A stretch of 64,000 nt of DNA from an uncultured delta proteobacterium (GTDB lineage Bacteria; Myxococcota_A; Polyangia; Fen-1088): assembly GCA_963755125.1 (NCBI GenBank), contig CAVWIP010000017.1, positions 320,001 to 384,000 of the forward strand, read 5' to 3'. How positions within the stretch are numbered: position 1 is the first letter of the stretch; every line of letters begins with the position of its first letter. Below the pieces are notes generated by a model. The model was not told where the DNA came from and ran no database searches. It was given only the letters and a program-made list of their open reading frames with translations. A program made the translations under genes and the position numbers. Positions 56,368 through 64,000 of this stretch are shown here, piece by piece.

Positions 56368-57791
56368 ACCGGGCATCCGTGCTGGTGGTGGATGACAAGG
56401 AAAACATGCTCAAGCTGTTCGCCAAGATTCTGGGCGAGCAGCACAACCTCACCACAGCCAGCGATGGCGGCAAGGCGTTGGCGCTGATCGCGGAACACGA
56501 GTTCGACGTGGTGGTGACCGATCTCAAGATGCCGGGTGCCAGCGGCTTCACCGTGCTGGAATCGGTCAAGGCGCGCTGGCCCGAGACGGAGGTGATCCTG
56601 ATGACCGCCTACGGCTCGGTGCCCGACGCGGTCGAGGCCATGAAGCAGGGGGCGTACGACTACATCCAGAAGCCCTTTGATCCCGACGCTGCTGCGCTGG
56701 TTGTGGCGCGCGCCCTGGAGCGCCGGAGTCTGCGCGCGCAAACCATGAGTCTGCGCAAGGAGCTGGAAGGTGTGAACTCGTTCCACAACATGATTGGCAA
56801 GAGTCCGCCCATGCGCGAGGTGTACGGCCTGCTGGAACGGGCGGCGGGTCTCGATACCACCGTGCTGCTCACCGGGGAGACCGGCACCGGCAAGGAGCTG
56901 GCGGCGCGCGCGGTGCACTACCACAGCGAGCGCAAACACGATCGTTTCGTGCCGGTGAACTGCGGCGCGCTTCCAGGCGAATTGGTGGAAAGCGAGCTTT
57001 TCGGACACGCCAAGGGCGCCTTCACCGGCGCGGCCGCCAGCAAGCCGGGCCTGTTCGAGGAGGCTAGCCGCGGCACGCTGTTTCTCGACGAGGTGGGGGA
57101 ACTGCCACTGCCCATGCAGGTGAAACTCAATCGGGCTCTCCAGGACAAGGAAATCCGTCGCGTGGGTGAGAACACGCCGTTCTCGGTCAACGTGCGAATC
57201 ATCGCCGCCACCCACCGGGACCTCAAGGTCGAGGTGCAGGCGGGGCGGTTTCGCGAGGATCTCTTCTACCGCTTGCACGTCTTTCCCATCCGCATGCCGG
57301 CCTTGCGCGAACGGCGCGAAGACATCCCGGCGCTGGCGGCTCACTTCCTCGCCCAGCACGTCCGTACCTCGAAGCGCGAAATCGCGGGGATCGGCAACGC
57401 GGCCATTCGGGCGCTGGTGGCCTACAACTGGCCGGGCAACGTGCGCGAGTTGCAAAATGCCATCGAACGCGCGGTGGCCATAGCAGCCGGCAAGGAACTC
57501 GACATCCGTGATCTGCCCGCCGAGTTGCGAGGGGCGCAGGTGGGGGCGCTTCCCGCCGAGGTGCTGGTGAGGATGCCCTACCGCGAAGCCATGGAAACCG
57601 CGCGTGACCGCATTTCGCGCGAGTATCTCGCGGTTCTCATGCGCGAGTTCGACGGCAACGTGACCCGCGCCGCGGAACGGGCCGGCATCGAGCGCGAAAG
57701 TCTGCACCGCCTGCTCAAACGCTACGGCGTGCGCTCGGAGGACTACAAGAAAGCAGGGGAGGGAAGCGTGCGGGGCATCGATCGGGCGTGA
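56364..57791 (+). CDS. Sigma54-dependent response regulator (NtrC family)
   Basis: Receiver domain, GETGTGKE, ESELFGH.KGAFTGA, FREDLFYRL, WPGNVREL, Fis-type HTH. Confidence 0.96.
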   Translation: MNRASVLVVDDKENMLKLFAKILGEQHNLTTASDGGKALALIAEHEFDVVVTDLKMPGASGFTVLESVKARWPETEVILMTAYGSVPDAVEAMKQGAYDYIQKPFDPDAAALVVARALERRSLRAQTMSLRKELEGVNSFHNMIGKSPPMREVYGLLERAAGLDTTVLLTGETGTGKELAARAVHYHSERKHDRFVPVNCGALPGELVESELFGHAKGAFTGAAASKPGLFEEASRGTLFLDEVGELPLPMQVKLNRALQDKEIRRVGENTPFSVNVRIIAATHRDLKVEVQAGRFREDLFYRLHVFPIRMPALRERREDIPALAAHFLAQHVRTSKREIAGIGNAAIRALVAYNWPGNVRELQNAIERAVAIAAGKELDIRDLPAELRGAQVGALPAEVLVRMPYREAMETARDRISREYLAVLMREFDGNVTRAAERAGIERESLHRLLKRYGVRSEDYKKAGEGSVRGIDRA

Positions 57792-57804
57792 TCCGTCTGT
57801 CCTC

Positions 57805-57836
57805 CCGCTGACCTCTGCGGGCCCAGCGGTCAGCGG
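57805..57836. terminator. GC-rich hairpin between convergent genes
   Basis: CCGCTGACC...GGTCAGCGG perfect 9-bp stem; no clear U tract. Confidence 0.5.
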
Positions 57837-57866
57837 CTGTGTCGATGAGTGCGGATGCGCGTAGGT

Positions 57867-58496
57867 CTACCCAAGCAGAGCCAAACGCATTTCGTCGACG
57901 GTCGCGAACAGCATGTCCGGCGAATGGGCGCGCAGGGCATCCATGTCGGTGAAGCCCCACGCCACGGCGCCGCTCGCGATGCCGGCGTTGCGGGCTGCCT
58001 CGATGTCGCGAATCTCGTCGCCGATGAAGATGGCCTGGGCGGGGTGAATGCCCGTTTGGCGCAAGACCTTGCGCAACTTCGTGCGCTTGCCAAAGATGGA
58101 AACGCCTCCCTCGCAGGCCGCCACGAGTCCCATACTCTTCCTGCCGAGGACGCGACGAACATTTGAGCAGGAATTGGACGTCACCACCGCCAGGGTTGAG
58201 TCCGCCTGTGACAGCTGGCCGAACAGGTCGGCCACGCCCGGGAATGGAGCGATCGTCTTGATCTGCTTGGCCATCAATATTCGAAAACGGGCCGCGATGA
58301 AGGGCAGCTTCCATAGCGGCACATGGTGTAGTCTCAGCAGCGTCGCAGCATCGTGACGTCTGAGGGTGGCGACTTGGTCCCTGTCGATCCGATCGAACCC
58401 GAACTCGTCAGCCAGTCGGTCGGAAATGCCGATGAACCAGCCAAGACTATCAGCCAGCGTGCCGTCGAAATCGAAGATGATGAGTTTGAATCTCAA
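57867..58496 (-). CDS. HAD-family phosphatase (phosphoglycolate phosphatase-like)
   Basis: FDFDGTLADS, VTSN, IGDEIRDIEAA...VAWG. Confidence 0.92.
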   Translation of the reverse strand: MRFKLIIFDFDGTLADSLGWFIGISDRLADEFGFDRIDRDQVATLRRHDAATLLRLHHVPLWKLPFIAARFRILMAKQIKTIAPFPGVADLFGQLSQADSTLAVVTSNSCSNVRRVLGRKSMGLVAACEGGVSIFGKRTKLRKVLRQTGIHPAQAIFIGDEIRDIEAARNAGIASGAVAWGFTDMDALRAHSPDMLFATVDEMRLALLG

Positions 58497-58818
58497 GGGA
58501 CGCTCTCGGTCGGAGGCCAGACAAGCTAGATGACTGGAGTCAGAAGGGCAATCCAGAGTTCAGGCGTGGCCGAGTCACAGAAACTGACGCAGGCGATGGC
58601 CCACGTGAATCGAATTGTCGTATTGCTGCTGATACGATCACTCGGGGTTTTGCTGACACGCTGTGGTATAAGAAACAGAACTTGCGAATCAAGTTGAGTC
58701 ACTTTCACCTATCGGAAAACTTGGATATACTCGCGAAGAAAATGTGCCACGAGGTCAGGACGGCGATCCTTTCGCGGTCGCGGAACCATGTGCCCTTCTC
58801 GGTGCGCGAGGTCAGGTG

Positions 58819-60513
58819 ATGAAACACAGTCTTGCCGCAGCAGGCGCTCTCGCGGTTTTGATCATTGGATGTACGAAGGCGCGGCCTCTGGTCGATGACC
58901 CCCGCGCCTGTCCCAATTGGGAGCATGACATCGGGCCGCTCTTCCGGGAGAAATGTGGCTCGTGTCATTCGCCTGGCGACGGGGGCCAGGCGCAGGGAAG
59001 CTACGACATCACGACGTACAATCTCGCGCTGGGCACCGGGACGCCTCCCGACGTGATCGCAGGCGACGCAAACTGCACGCTTCTGTCCGTGCTCAATCCG
59101 GCAACGGCGACCGGCGGCCCGCACGAGGGCATGTCCGATGTGTACGCCGAGACGAAGAAATGGGTGGTCGACTGCCGAGCTGGTTACCTGGATGAGGCGA
59201 CCTCGGTGCACACCGCCGGAATTCTGGACCCGGCGCAACCTGACTATCACGGCACGATTCTGCTCAACTCCAACTTCAATTTCGGTCTCTGCCAGAAATG
59301 TCACGGCCAAGATTTTGCTGGTGGGGCGGCCGGGGTATCGTGTTTGCCGTGTCACCAGGGCTCGGTCGGTCTGCCGGCGGCGGACAATGTGATGATGAAC
59401 CCCGATGGCACGCCGGGCTGTGCAGCCTGCCACGCCGCCACGCCAGCCTCGGGCAAGCATGGGATCCACGTTGACGGTGGCCTGCTGGCCAAGCAATTCG
59501 CTTGTTCGACGTGCCACCCCGACCGTCAGAGTGCCCAGGATCATGCCTTTGCGTCAGACGGGTCGCTGCGCACTGGCCCGGCACAGGTCTCGCTGACCGG
59601 CCTGGCCGCGTTGACGCCGGCCGATGGAACGCGCGCGGGGCCGCCAGCCTGGGATGCCAACCTGCAGACGTGCAGCAATGTCTACTGCCATGGCGCCACC
59701 TACGCCGACTCGGCGGCGGTGACCAATAGCCCAAACTGGGAGGCGGCGGCGCGGCCCACCGCCCAAACCTGCACCTTCTGTCACGGCCTTCCGCCCAACG
59801 GCGCGGGCGGCACCCGCTGTTCGACCTGCCATTACAGCGTCGTCGATGCACAGGCCAACCTCGTCAGCACGAGCTTGCACCTCGATGGCACAGTCGAGTT
59901 CGCAGATGTGAACACGCCCTGCAGCACCTGCCACGGATCGGTCAATTCCCCTGCGCCGCCCCCCGATCTGGAAGGAAATACCGATTCGTCAGCCGTTGGC
60001 GTGGGCCAGCACCAGCGGCATGTGGTCGCGCCCGTCCTCAATATCCGTGGCCCGATTCAGTGCTCGGAGTGCCATCAAGTGCCCGCCGATGCAAGCACCC
60101 CTGGCCACTACGGCACGGGTCACGCGCCCGGCTCGGTCGCCGCGGCCGCGGTCTTCCCCAACGTCGCCGGCTCGGGGACCTTGGCCCGGGCCCAGGGCGC
60201 ATCGCCAGTTTGGAATTCCAGTTCGATGACTTGCACGGGTGCCTACTGTCATGGTGGTGGCGAGCCACTCAATACGGACACGACCCCGGGTATCGAACAG
60301 ACGCCCAACTGGGTTTCACCGGGTAGCGGCGCGTGCGGCGCCACCTGCCACGGCACGCCACCGCAGTTTTTGGGGCATCCGACAGGAATAGCTCGAACCG
60401 GGTGCGTTGCCTGCCATGCGAAGACTGTCGATGCCAACGGGAACATCATCTTCACGGGTCCTGCTGGAGCCCAGACCACGACCCACATGAACGGAGTCTT
60501 CGATGACGACTAG
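58819..60513 (+). CDS. Multiheme cytochrome c lipoprotein with Geobacter-type CxxxxCH/CxxCH domains (up to 13 hemes)
   Basis: Lipobox IIGC; 10 CxxCH, plus CSNVYCH, CTGAYCH and CGATCH. Confidence 0.9.
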   Translation: MKHSLAAAGALAVLIIGCTKARPLVDDPRACPNWEHDIGPLFREKCGSCHSPGDGGQAQGSYDITTYNLALGTGTPPDVIAGDANCTLLSVLNPATATGGPHEGMSDVYAETKKWVVDCRAGYLDEATSVHTAGILDPAQPDYHGTILLNSNFNFGLCQKCHGQDFAGGAAGVSCLPCHQGSVGLPAADNVMMNPDGTPGCAACHAATPASGKHGIHVDGGLLAKQFACSTCHPDRQSAQDHAFASDGSLRTGPAQVSLTGLAALTPADGTRAGPPAWDANLQTCSNVYCHGATYADSAAVTNSPNWEAAARPTAQTCTFCHGLPPNGAGGTRCSTCHYSVVDAQANLVSTSLHLDGTVEFADVNTPCSTCHGSVNSPAPPPDLEGNTDSSAVGVGQHQRHVVAPVLNIRGPIQCSECHQVPADASTPGHYGTGHAPGSVAAAAVFPNVAGSGTLARAQGASPVWNSSSMTCTGAYCHGGGEPLNTDTTPGIEQTPNWVSPGSGACGATCHGTPPQFLGHPTGIARTGCVACHAKTVDANGNIIFTGPAGAQTTTHMNGVFDDD

Positions 60514-61780
60514 CCCCATCGGAGCACGGGCGGTTGTTCTTTGCTTGGCTGTGCTGGTCGGGGCGACGGGATTGGCCCGGGCAGAGATCGTCACCGGCAG
60601 CGCGACGACGATCATCTCGGGCCAGCGCGATCCACGCGACGGCACGGTCCATACCGTGGTGCCCTTCCTTGAGCTGGTTTCCCTGCGCGCCTCGGAGATC
60701 CAGAACCCGCTGTTCGACGACACGGAGCTCGTGGTTTCGGGCTGGGGTGAGGCCGTGGCGGGCGATCCGCGCGACGGAAAGAACGCGCTCGGCGACGTGG
60801 ACGTGGCATACCTACAAGGCTCGACCTGGCATCAGCGCGTGACCCTGCGGCTCGGCCGACAGTTCGTGTTTTCGGGGACCGCGGCCAACGTGCAACTGGA
60901 TGGACTGGCCCCCGCGCTGCGCTTGGGGGCGGGCTTCGGCGTGTCAGGATTCGTCGGCGTCCCGGTGACTCCACGTTTCGGCTACAGCCGGGGCCAATTT
61001 GCAACCGGGGCCAGAGCGTTCTGGAGCCGTTCATACGAATCACAGGTAGGCGTGTCGATCTTGGAAATTCTCGGGACCGGCCAGCAGGTGTTCCGCCGGG
61101 ATGCAGGAGTAGACGCCAACTATCGGCTTCTGGATTCGCTCGCGCTCAGTGGGCTGGCACGATGGAGCATCCCCGAGGCCCGGATGGCTGAGGCCGATGC
61201 GGCGGTCAACTGGCGGCCTTGTCGCTATGTCGACGTGACAACGGACTACCGGCGCACGGCCCCAGACCTTTTCTTGCCGCGCTATTCGCTGTTCGCGGTT
61301 TTTGCCCAGGAGACGCGTGACGAGTTTGGCGGCTTTGTTGCTCTGCGGCCGTGGCTTCGGCGCCTGGATTTGCAAGGCGACTTCCACGAAGTTCACGACG
61401 CCAGTGGATGGGGTTGGGATGCCGACGGAAAGGCCACTGTGCGTCTTGGCAGCGGCGGGGGAACCCGCGTCGGCGTGGAGAGTCGGCGGCTGAAGATCCC
61501 GGGCGGGGGCTATCTGATGGGCCGCGCTTTTGGCTGGCAAACCATCACCACGAAGATTCGCGTGGTTGCCGATTTCGATGCCTACGACCTGGATCAACCG
61601 CTGAACGGACAGGATCGTTCATATTTCGGATCAGGCAGTCTGGTGTATGACATGGCGCCGGCCTGGCGCGCGGTGCTTACCGGAATGGACAATGTGACCC
61701 CCTATGCGACTCATCAGATCCAGGGCCTGCTCAAGATCGTTTACGAAGGAGGTCGAGTGGTGAGGGAGGTCACGCCATGA
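60503..61780 (+). CDS. Putative outer-membrane beta-barrel (porin of a porin-cytochrome complex)
   Basis: Signal peptide ending ARA, LRLGRQ and many alternating aromatic/hydrophobic strands, no heme motifs; overlaps both flanking cytochrome genes. Confidence 0.75.
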   Translation: MTTSPIGARAVVLCLAVLVGATGLARAEIVTGSATTIISGQRDPRDGTVHTVVPFLELVSLRASEIQNPLFDDTELVVSGWGEAVAGDPRDGKNALGDVDVAYLQGSTWHQRVTLRLGRQFVFSGTAANVQLDGLAPALRLGAGFGVSGFVGVPVTPRFGYSRGQFATGARAFWSRSYESQVGVSILEILGTGQQVFRRDAGVDANYRLLDSLALSGLARWSIPEARMAEADAAVNWRPCRYVDVTTDYRRTAPDLFLPRYSLFAVFAQETRDEFGGFVALRPWLRRLDLQGDFHEVHDASGWGWDADGKATVRLGSGGGTRVGVESRRLKIPGGGYLMGRAFGWQTITTKIRVVADFDAYDLDQPLNGQDRSYFGSGSLVYDMAPAWRAVLTGMDNVTPYATHQIQGLLKIVYEGGRVVREVTP

Positions 61781-62835
61781 GACGCCATCGCGGGGCGTGG
61801 GTCGCCGTAGCGGCGCTGGGCGTCGCGGCGTGCGCGAGCATGCTGGGGGCCAGACGGGCCAAGCAGCCGGGCGAGGAGATTCGGCAGTCGCACGCAGCTC
61901 ACAAGGATCTGCCGTGCGTGATGTGCCACGAGGACGTGCCCGAGGCCAAAACCGTCACCGACCACTTGCGGCCGCCCGAGGCCAAGTGCCTGGAGTGTCA
62001 CGGCGAGAAGAAAGATCAGAAGGAATGTGGCTTCTGCCACACCGATCCGGCTCACCCCGCAGCCTACCCGCCCGAAACCCACGCCATCATCATCTCACAC
62101 AAGGCCCACCTCAAGCTGGTCAACGACGATTGCACGGCTTGCCACGTGAAGCTGTCGGAGTTCACCCGGCCGGGGCCCACGTCGCCGACCATGAAGTCCT
62201 GCACCAAGTGCCACGAGCACAGGGTCGACTTCGACGAGGGCCGCTGCAGCAAGTGCCACACCGATCTCAAACGCTTCCCGCTCAAGCCAGTGGCCGAGTT
62301 TTCACATACCGGCGACTTCGTCCGGCAGCACGGCCTGGTCGCGCACTCGACCTCTGATGCGTGCGTGCAGTGCCACGACCAGAACTTCTGTGCCGACTGC
62401 CACGCGGGCACCGTAGCTACCCGCATTGAACTCAAGTTCAGCGAAAACGTGACCAGCGACTTCATCCACCGCGGCGACTATCTGACCCGCCATAGCATCG
62501 AAGCGCGCTCCGACCCGGTCTTGTGCCAGCGTTGTCACGGCACTGGCTTCTGCACGGCTTGCCACAACCAGGAAAACGTCGGACCCGGCGGCAGCAACCC
62601 GCGCAGCCCGCACCCCGCTGGCTGGGCCTTCCCTGGCCCCACGTCACACGCAGTGTCCGCCCGGCGCGACATCGTGAACTGTGCCTCGTGCCACGACCAG
62701 GGGCCGAATTCGAACTGCGTCGGGTGTCACCGCGTGGGCGGGATCGGCGGCAATCCACACCCGATCGAGTGGCAGCGGAAGCACAGCCTGCCCGAGGCGT
62801 ACGGCACGGCGATGTGCAAGTACTGTCACCAGTAG
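61777..62835 (+). CDS. 13-heme cytochrome c (c3/c7-like N-terminus), exported, possible lipoprotein
   Basis: 13 CxxCH motifs in 352 aa; signal with VAAC. Confidence 0.92.
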   Translation: MRRHRGAWVAVAALGVAACASMLGARRAKQPGEEIRQSHAAHKDLPCVMCHEDVPEAKTVTDHLRPPEAKCLECHGEKKDQKECGFCHTDPAHPAAYPPETHAIIISHKAHLKLVNDDCTACHVKLSEFTRPGPTSPTMKSCTKCHEHRVDFDEGRCSKCHTDLKRFPLKPVAEFSHTGDFVRQHGLVAHSTSDACVQCHDQNFCADCHAGTVATRIELKFSENVTSDFIHRGDYLTRHSIEARSDPVLCQRCHGTGFCTACHNQENVGPGGSNPRSPHPAGWAFPGPTSHAVSARRDIVNCASCHDQGPNSNCVGCHRVGGIGGNPHPIEWQRKHSLPEAYGTAMCKYCHQ

Positions 62836-62850
62836 TTCCAACGCGATCGG

Positions 62851-63588
62851 CTACTTCTCGACGACGATCAGCACTTCTTCCGCGTGCAGATTGTCGTCCG
62901 TGCCGAGCCTGCGGACCGTCCCATTTTCGTAGGCGTAGCCCGAAACCACCCGCACGCCCGAGTCGCGGGACCAGTCGAGCAAGTCCTGCAAGGTGAAGGG
63001 GTGGATGTTGGCGGTCTCGTACCATTGGTAGGGCAACCATTCGGTGACCGGCATGCGTCCACTCGCCACCAGATCGACCAGCACGCGCCAGTGGGCAAAG
63101 TTGGGAAACGAAACCATGCCCCGCCGGCCCACCCGCAGCATCTCAGCCAGCATCTCGCGCGGGTTGGCGAGCGTTTGCAATGTCTCTTCCAGAACCACCA
63201 CGTCGAAGGCCTGGTCAGGAAAGCGGCGCAGTCCCTCGTCGAGATCGGCCTGCATGACCGGCACGCCACGCTCCACGCAGGAGAACACGGCCTCGGGATC
63301 GATCTCCAGCCCTTGGCCGCGGACGCCGAGATCGCGCATCAGCCGTTCGAGCAGCGCCCCGTTGCCGCAGCCCAGGTCCAGAACCCGCGCGCCCTTCGGG
63401 ATCTCTCGCGCGATGATCTCGTCCTGCCAGCGGGTCGCGCTCGGCGGCCGCTCGGGCGCCTGCGGGCGCGCGGCCAGAAGCTTGGACAACTCGGCTGCCC
63501 GCCGGTCATAAAGACCTTGCGGCAGACGCTCCACGCTGCGGTCGGTGATCAGGTTGGGGTCGATGTGGGGAGGAGGCCTTTGCGTCAT
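62851..63588 (-). CDS. metW: Methionine biosynthesis protein MetW
   Basis: VLDLGCGNG, VSFPNFAHW, GRMPV...LPYQWYETANIH; downstream of metX. Confidence 0.9.
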   Translation of the reverse strand: MTQRPPPHIDPNLITDRSVERLPQGLYDRRAAELSKLLAARPQAPERPPSATRWQDEIIAREIPKGARVLDLGCGNGALLERLMRDLGVRGQGLEIDPEAVFSCVERGVPVMQADLDEGLRRFPDQAFDVVVLEETLQTLANPREMLAEMLRVGRRGMVSFPNFAHWRVLVDLVASGRMPVTEWLPYQWYETANIHPFTLQDLLDWSRDSGVRVVSGYAYENGTVRRLGTDDNLHAEEVLIVVEK

Positions 63589-63600
63589 GTGACCCTCGAA

Positions 63601-63999
63601 TCAGCGAGACAAGAAACCGCGCAGCAGGCGTCCGACCTTCTCAGTTTCGACCAAGAACGAATCGTGGCCGTAGTGCGACGGCACGTTGGCGTAAGTGACC
63701 GGCCGGTTAGCCTGGGTGAGGGCCAGGGCCAGCTCCTTGCAGCCCTCGGGAGGATAGAGCCAATCCGAGTCGAACGAGACAATGAGCATCTTGCAACGGA
63801 TGCGCCGGCAGGCCTCGGTCAGGCTGCCTTCGCCCCACGCCGCCGCCGCGTCGTAGTAGTCCATGGCGCGCGTGATATAGAGGTAGCTGTTGGCGTCGAA
63901 TCGTTCCACAAAGGCGCGACCCTGGTGGTCAAGGTAGCTCTCCACCGCGAACTCGATGCCAAACCCACCGGGACGGCCGTTGCTGTCGTCCTGCAAGCG
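63601..63999 (-). CDS. metX: Homoserine O-acyltransferase MetX, C-terminal part (gene starts beyond window)
   Basis: VESYLDHQG..FVERFDANSYLYITRAMDYYD, SDWLYPP, YGHDSFL. Confidence 0.93.
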   Translation of the reverse strand, partial: RLQDDSNGRPGGFGIEFAVESYLDHQGRAFVERFDANSYLYITRAMDYYDAAAAWGEGSLTEACRRIRCKMLIVSFDSDWLYPPEGCKELALALTQANRPVTYANVPSHYGHDSFLVETEKVGRLLRGFLSR

Positions 64000-64000
64000 C

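Overview
GC-rich bacterial DNA with myxobacterial (Myxococcota/Polyangia-like) hallmarks: a giant AgmK-like TPR protein, many Cys-rich lipoproteins with low-complexity linkers, an AAA+TPR protein and an ECF/zf-HC2 pair. Housekeeping genes are bamA (3' end), skp, fabZ, purL, GTP-PEPCK, metW and metX (3' end). Two observations stand out. (1) A palindromic interspersed repeat occurs three times. One 135-bp copy, stop-free in all six frames, is inserted in frame inside purL; a longer 238-bp copy and a 36-bp end fragment are intergenic. (2) The window holds a candidate extracellular electron transfer toolkit: an ImcH/NapC-like membrane multiheme cytochrome co-transcribed with hemA, a two-component system and hemN, a monoheme cytochrome c, and a 13-heme lipoprotein / beta-barrel / 13-heme operon resembling a porin-cytochrome conduit. 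Also noted: a copper-efflux operon collapsed by deletions behind an intact sigma54 promoter and two-component system, a bamA-skp-fabZ cluster lacking lpxD/lpxA, a disintegrin-like/FN3 surface lipoprotein and a frameshifted small ORF. No rRNA, tRNA, CRISPR array or transposase was seen. All family assignments are by eye and no database searches were run.
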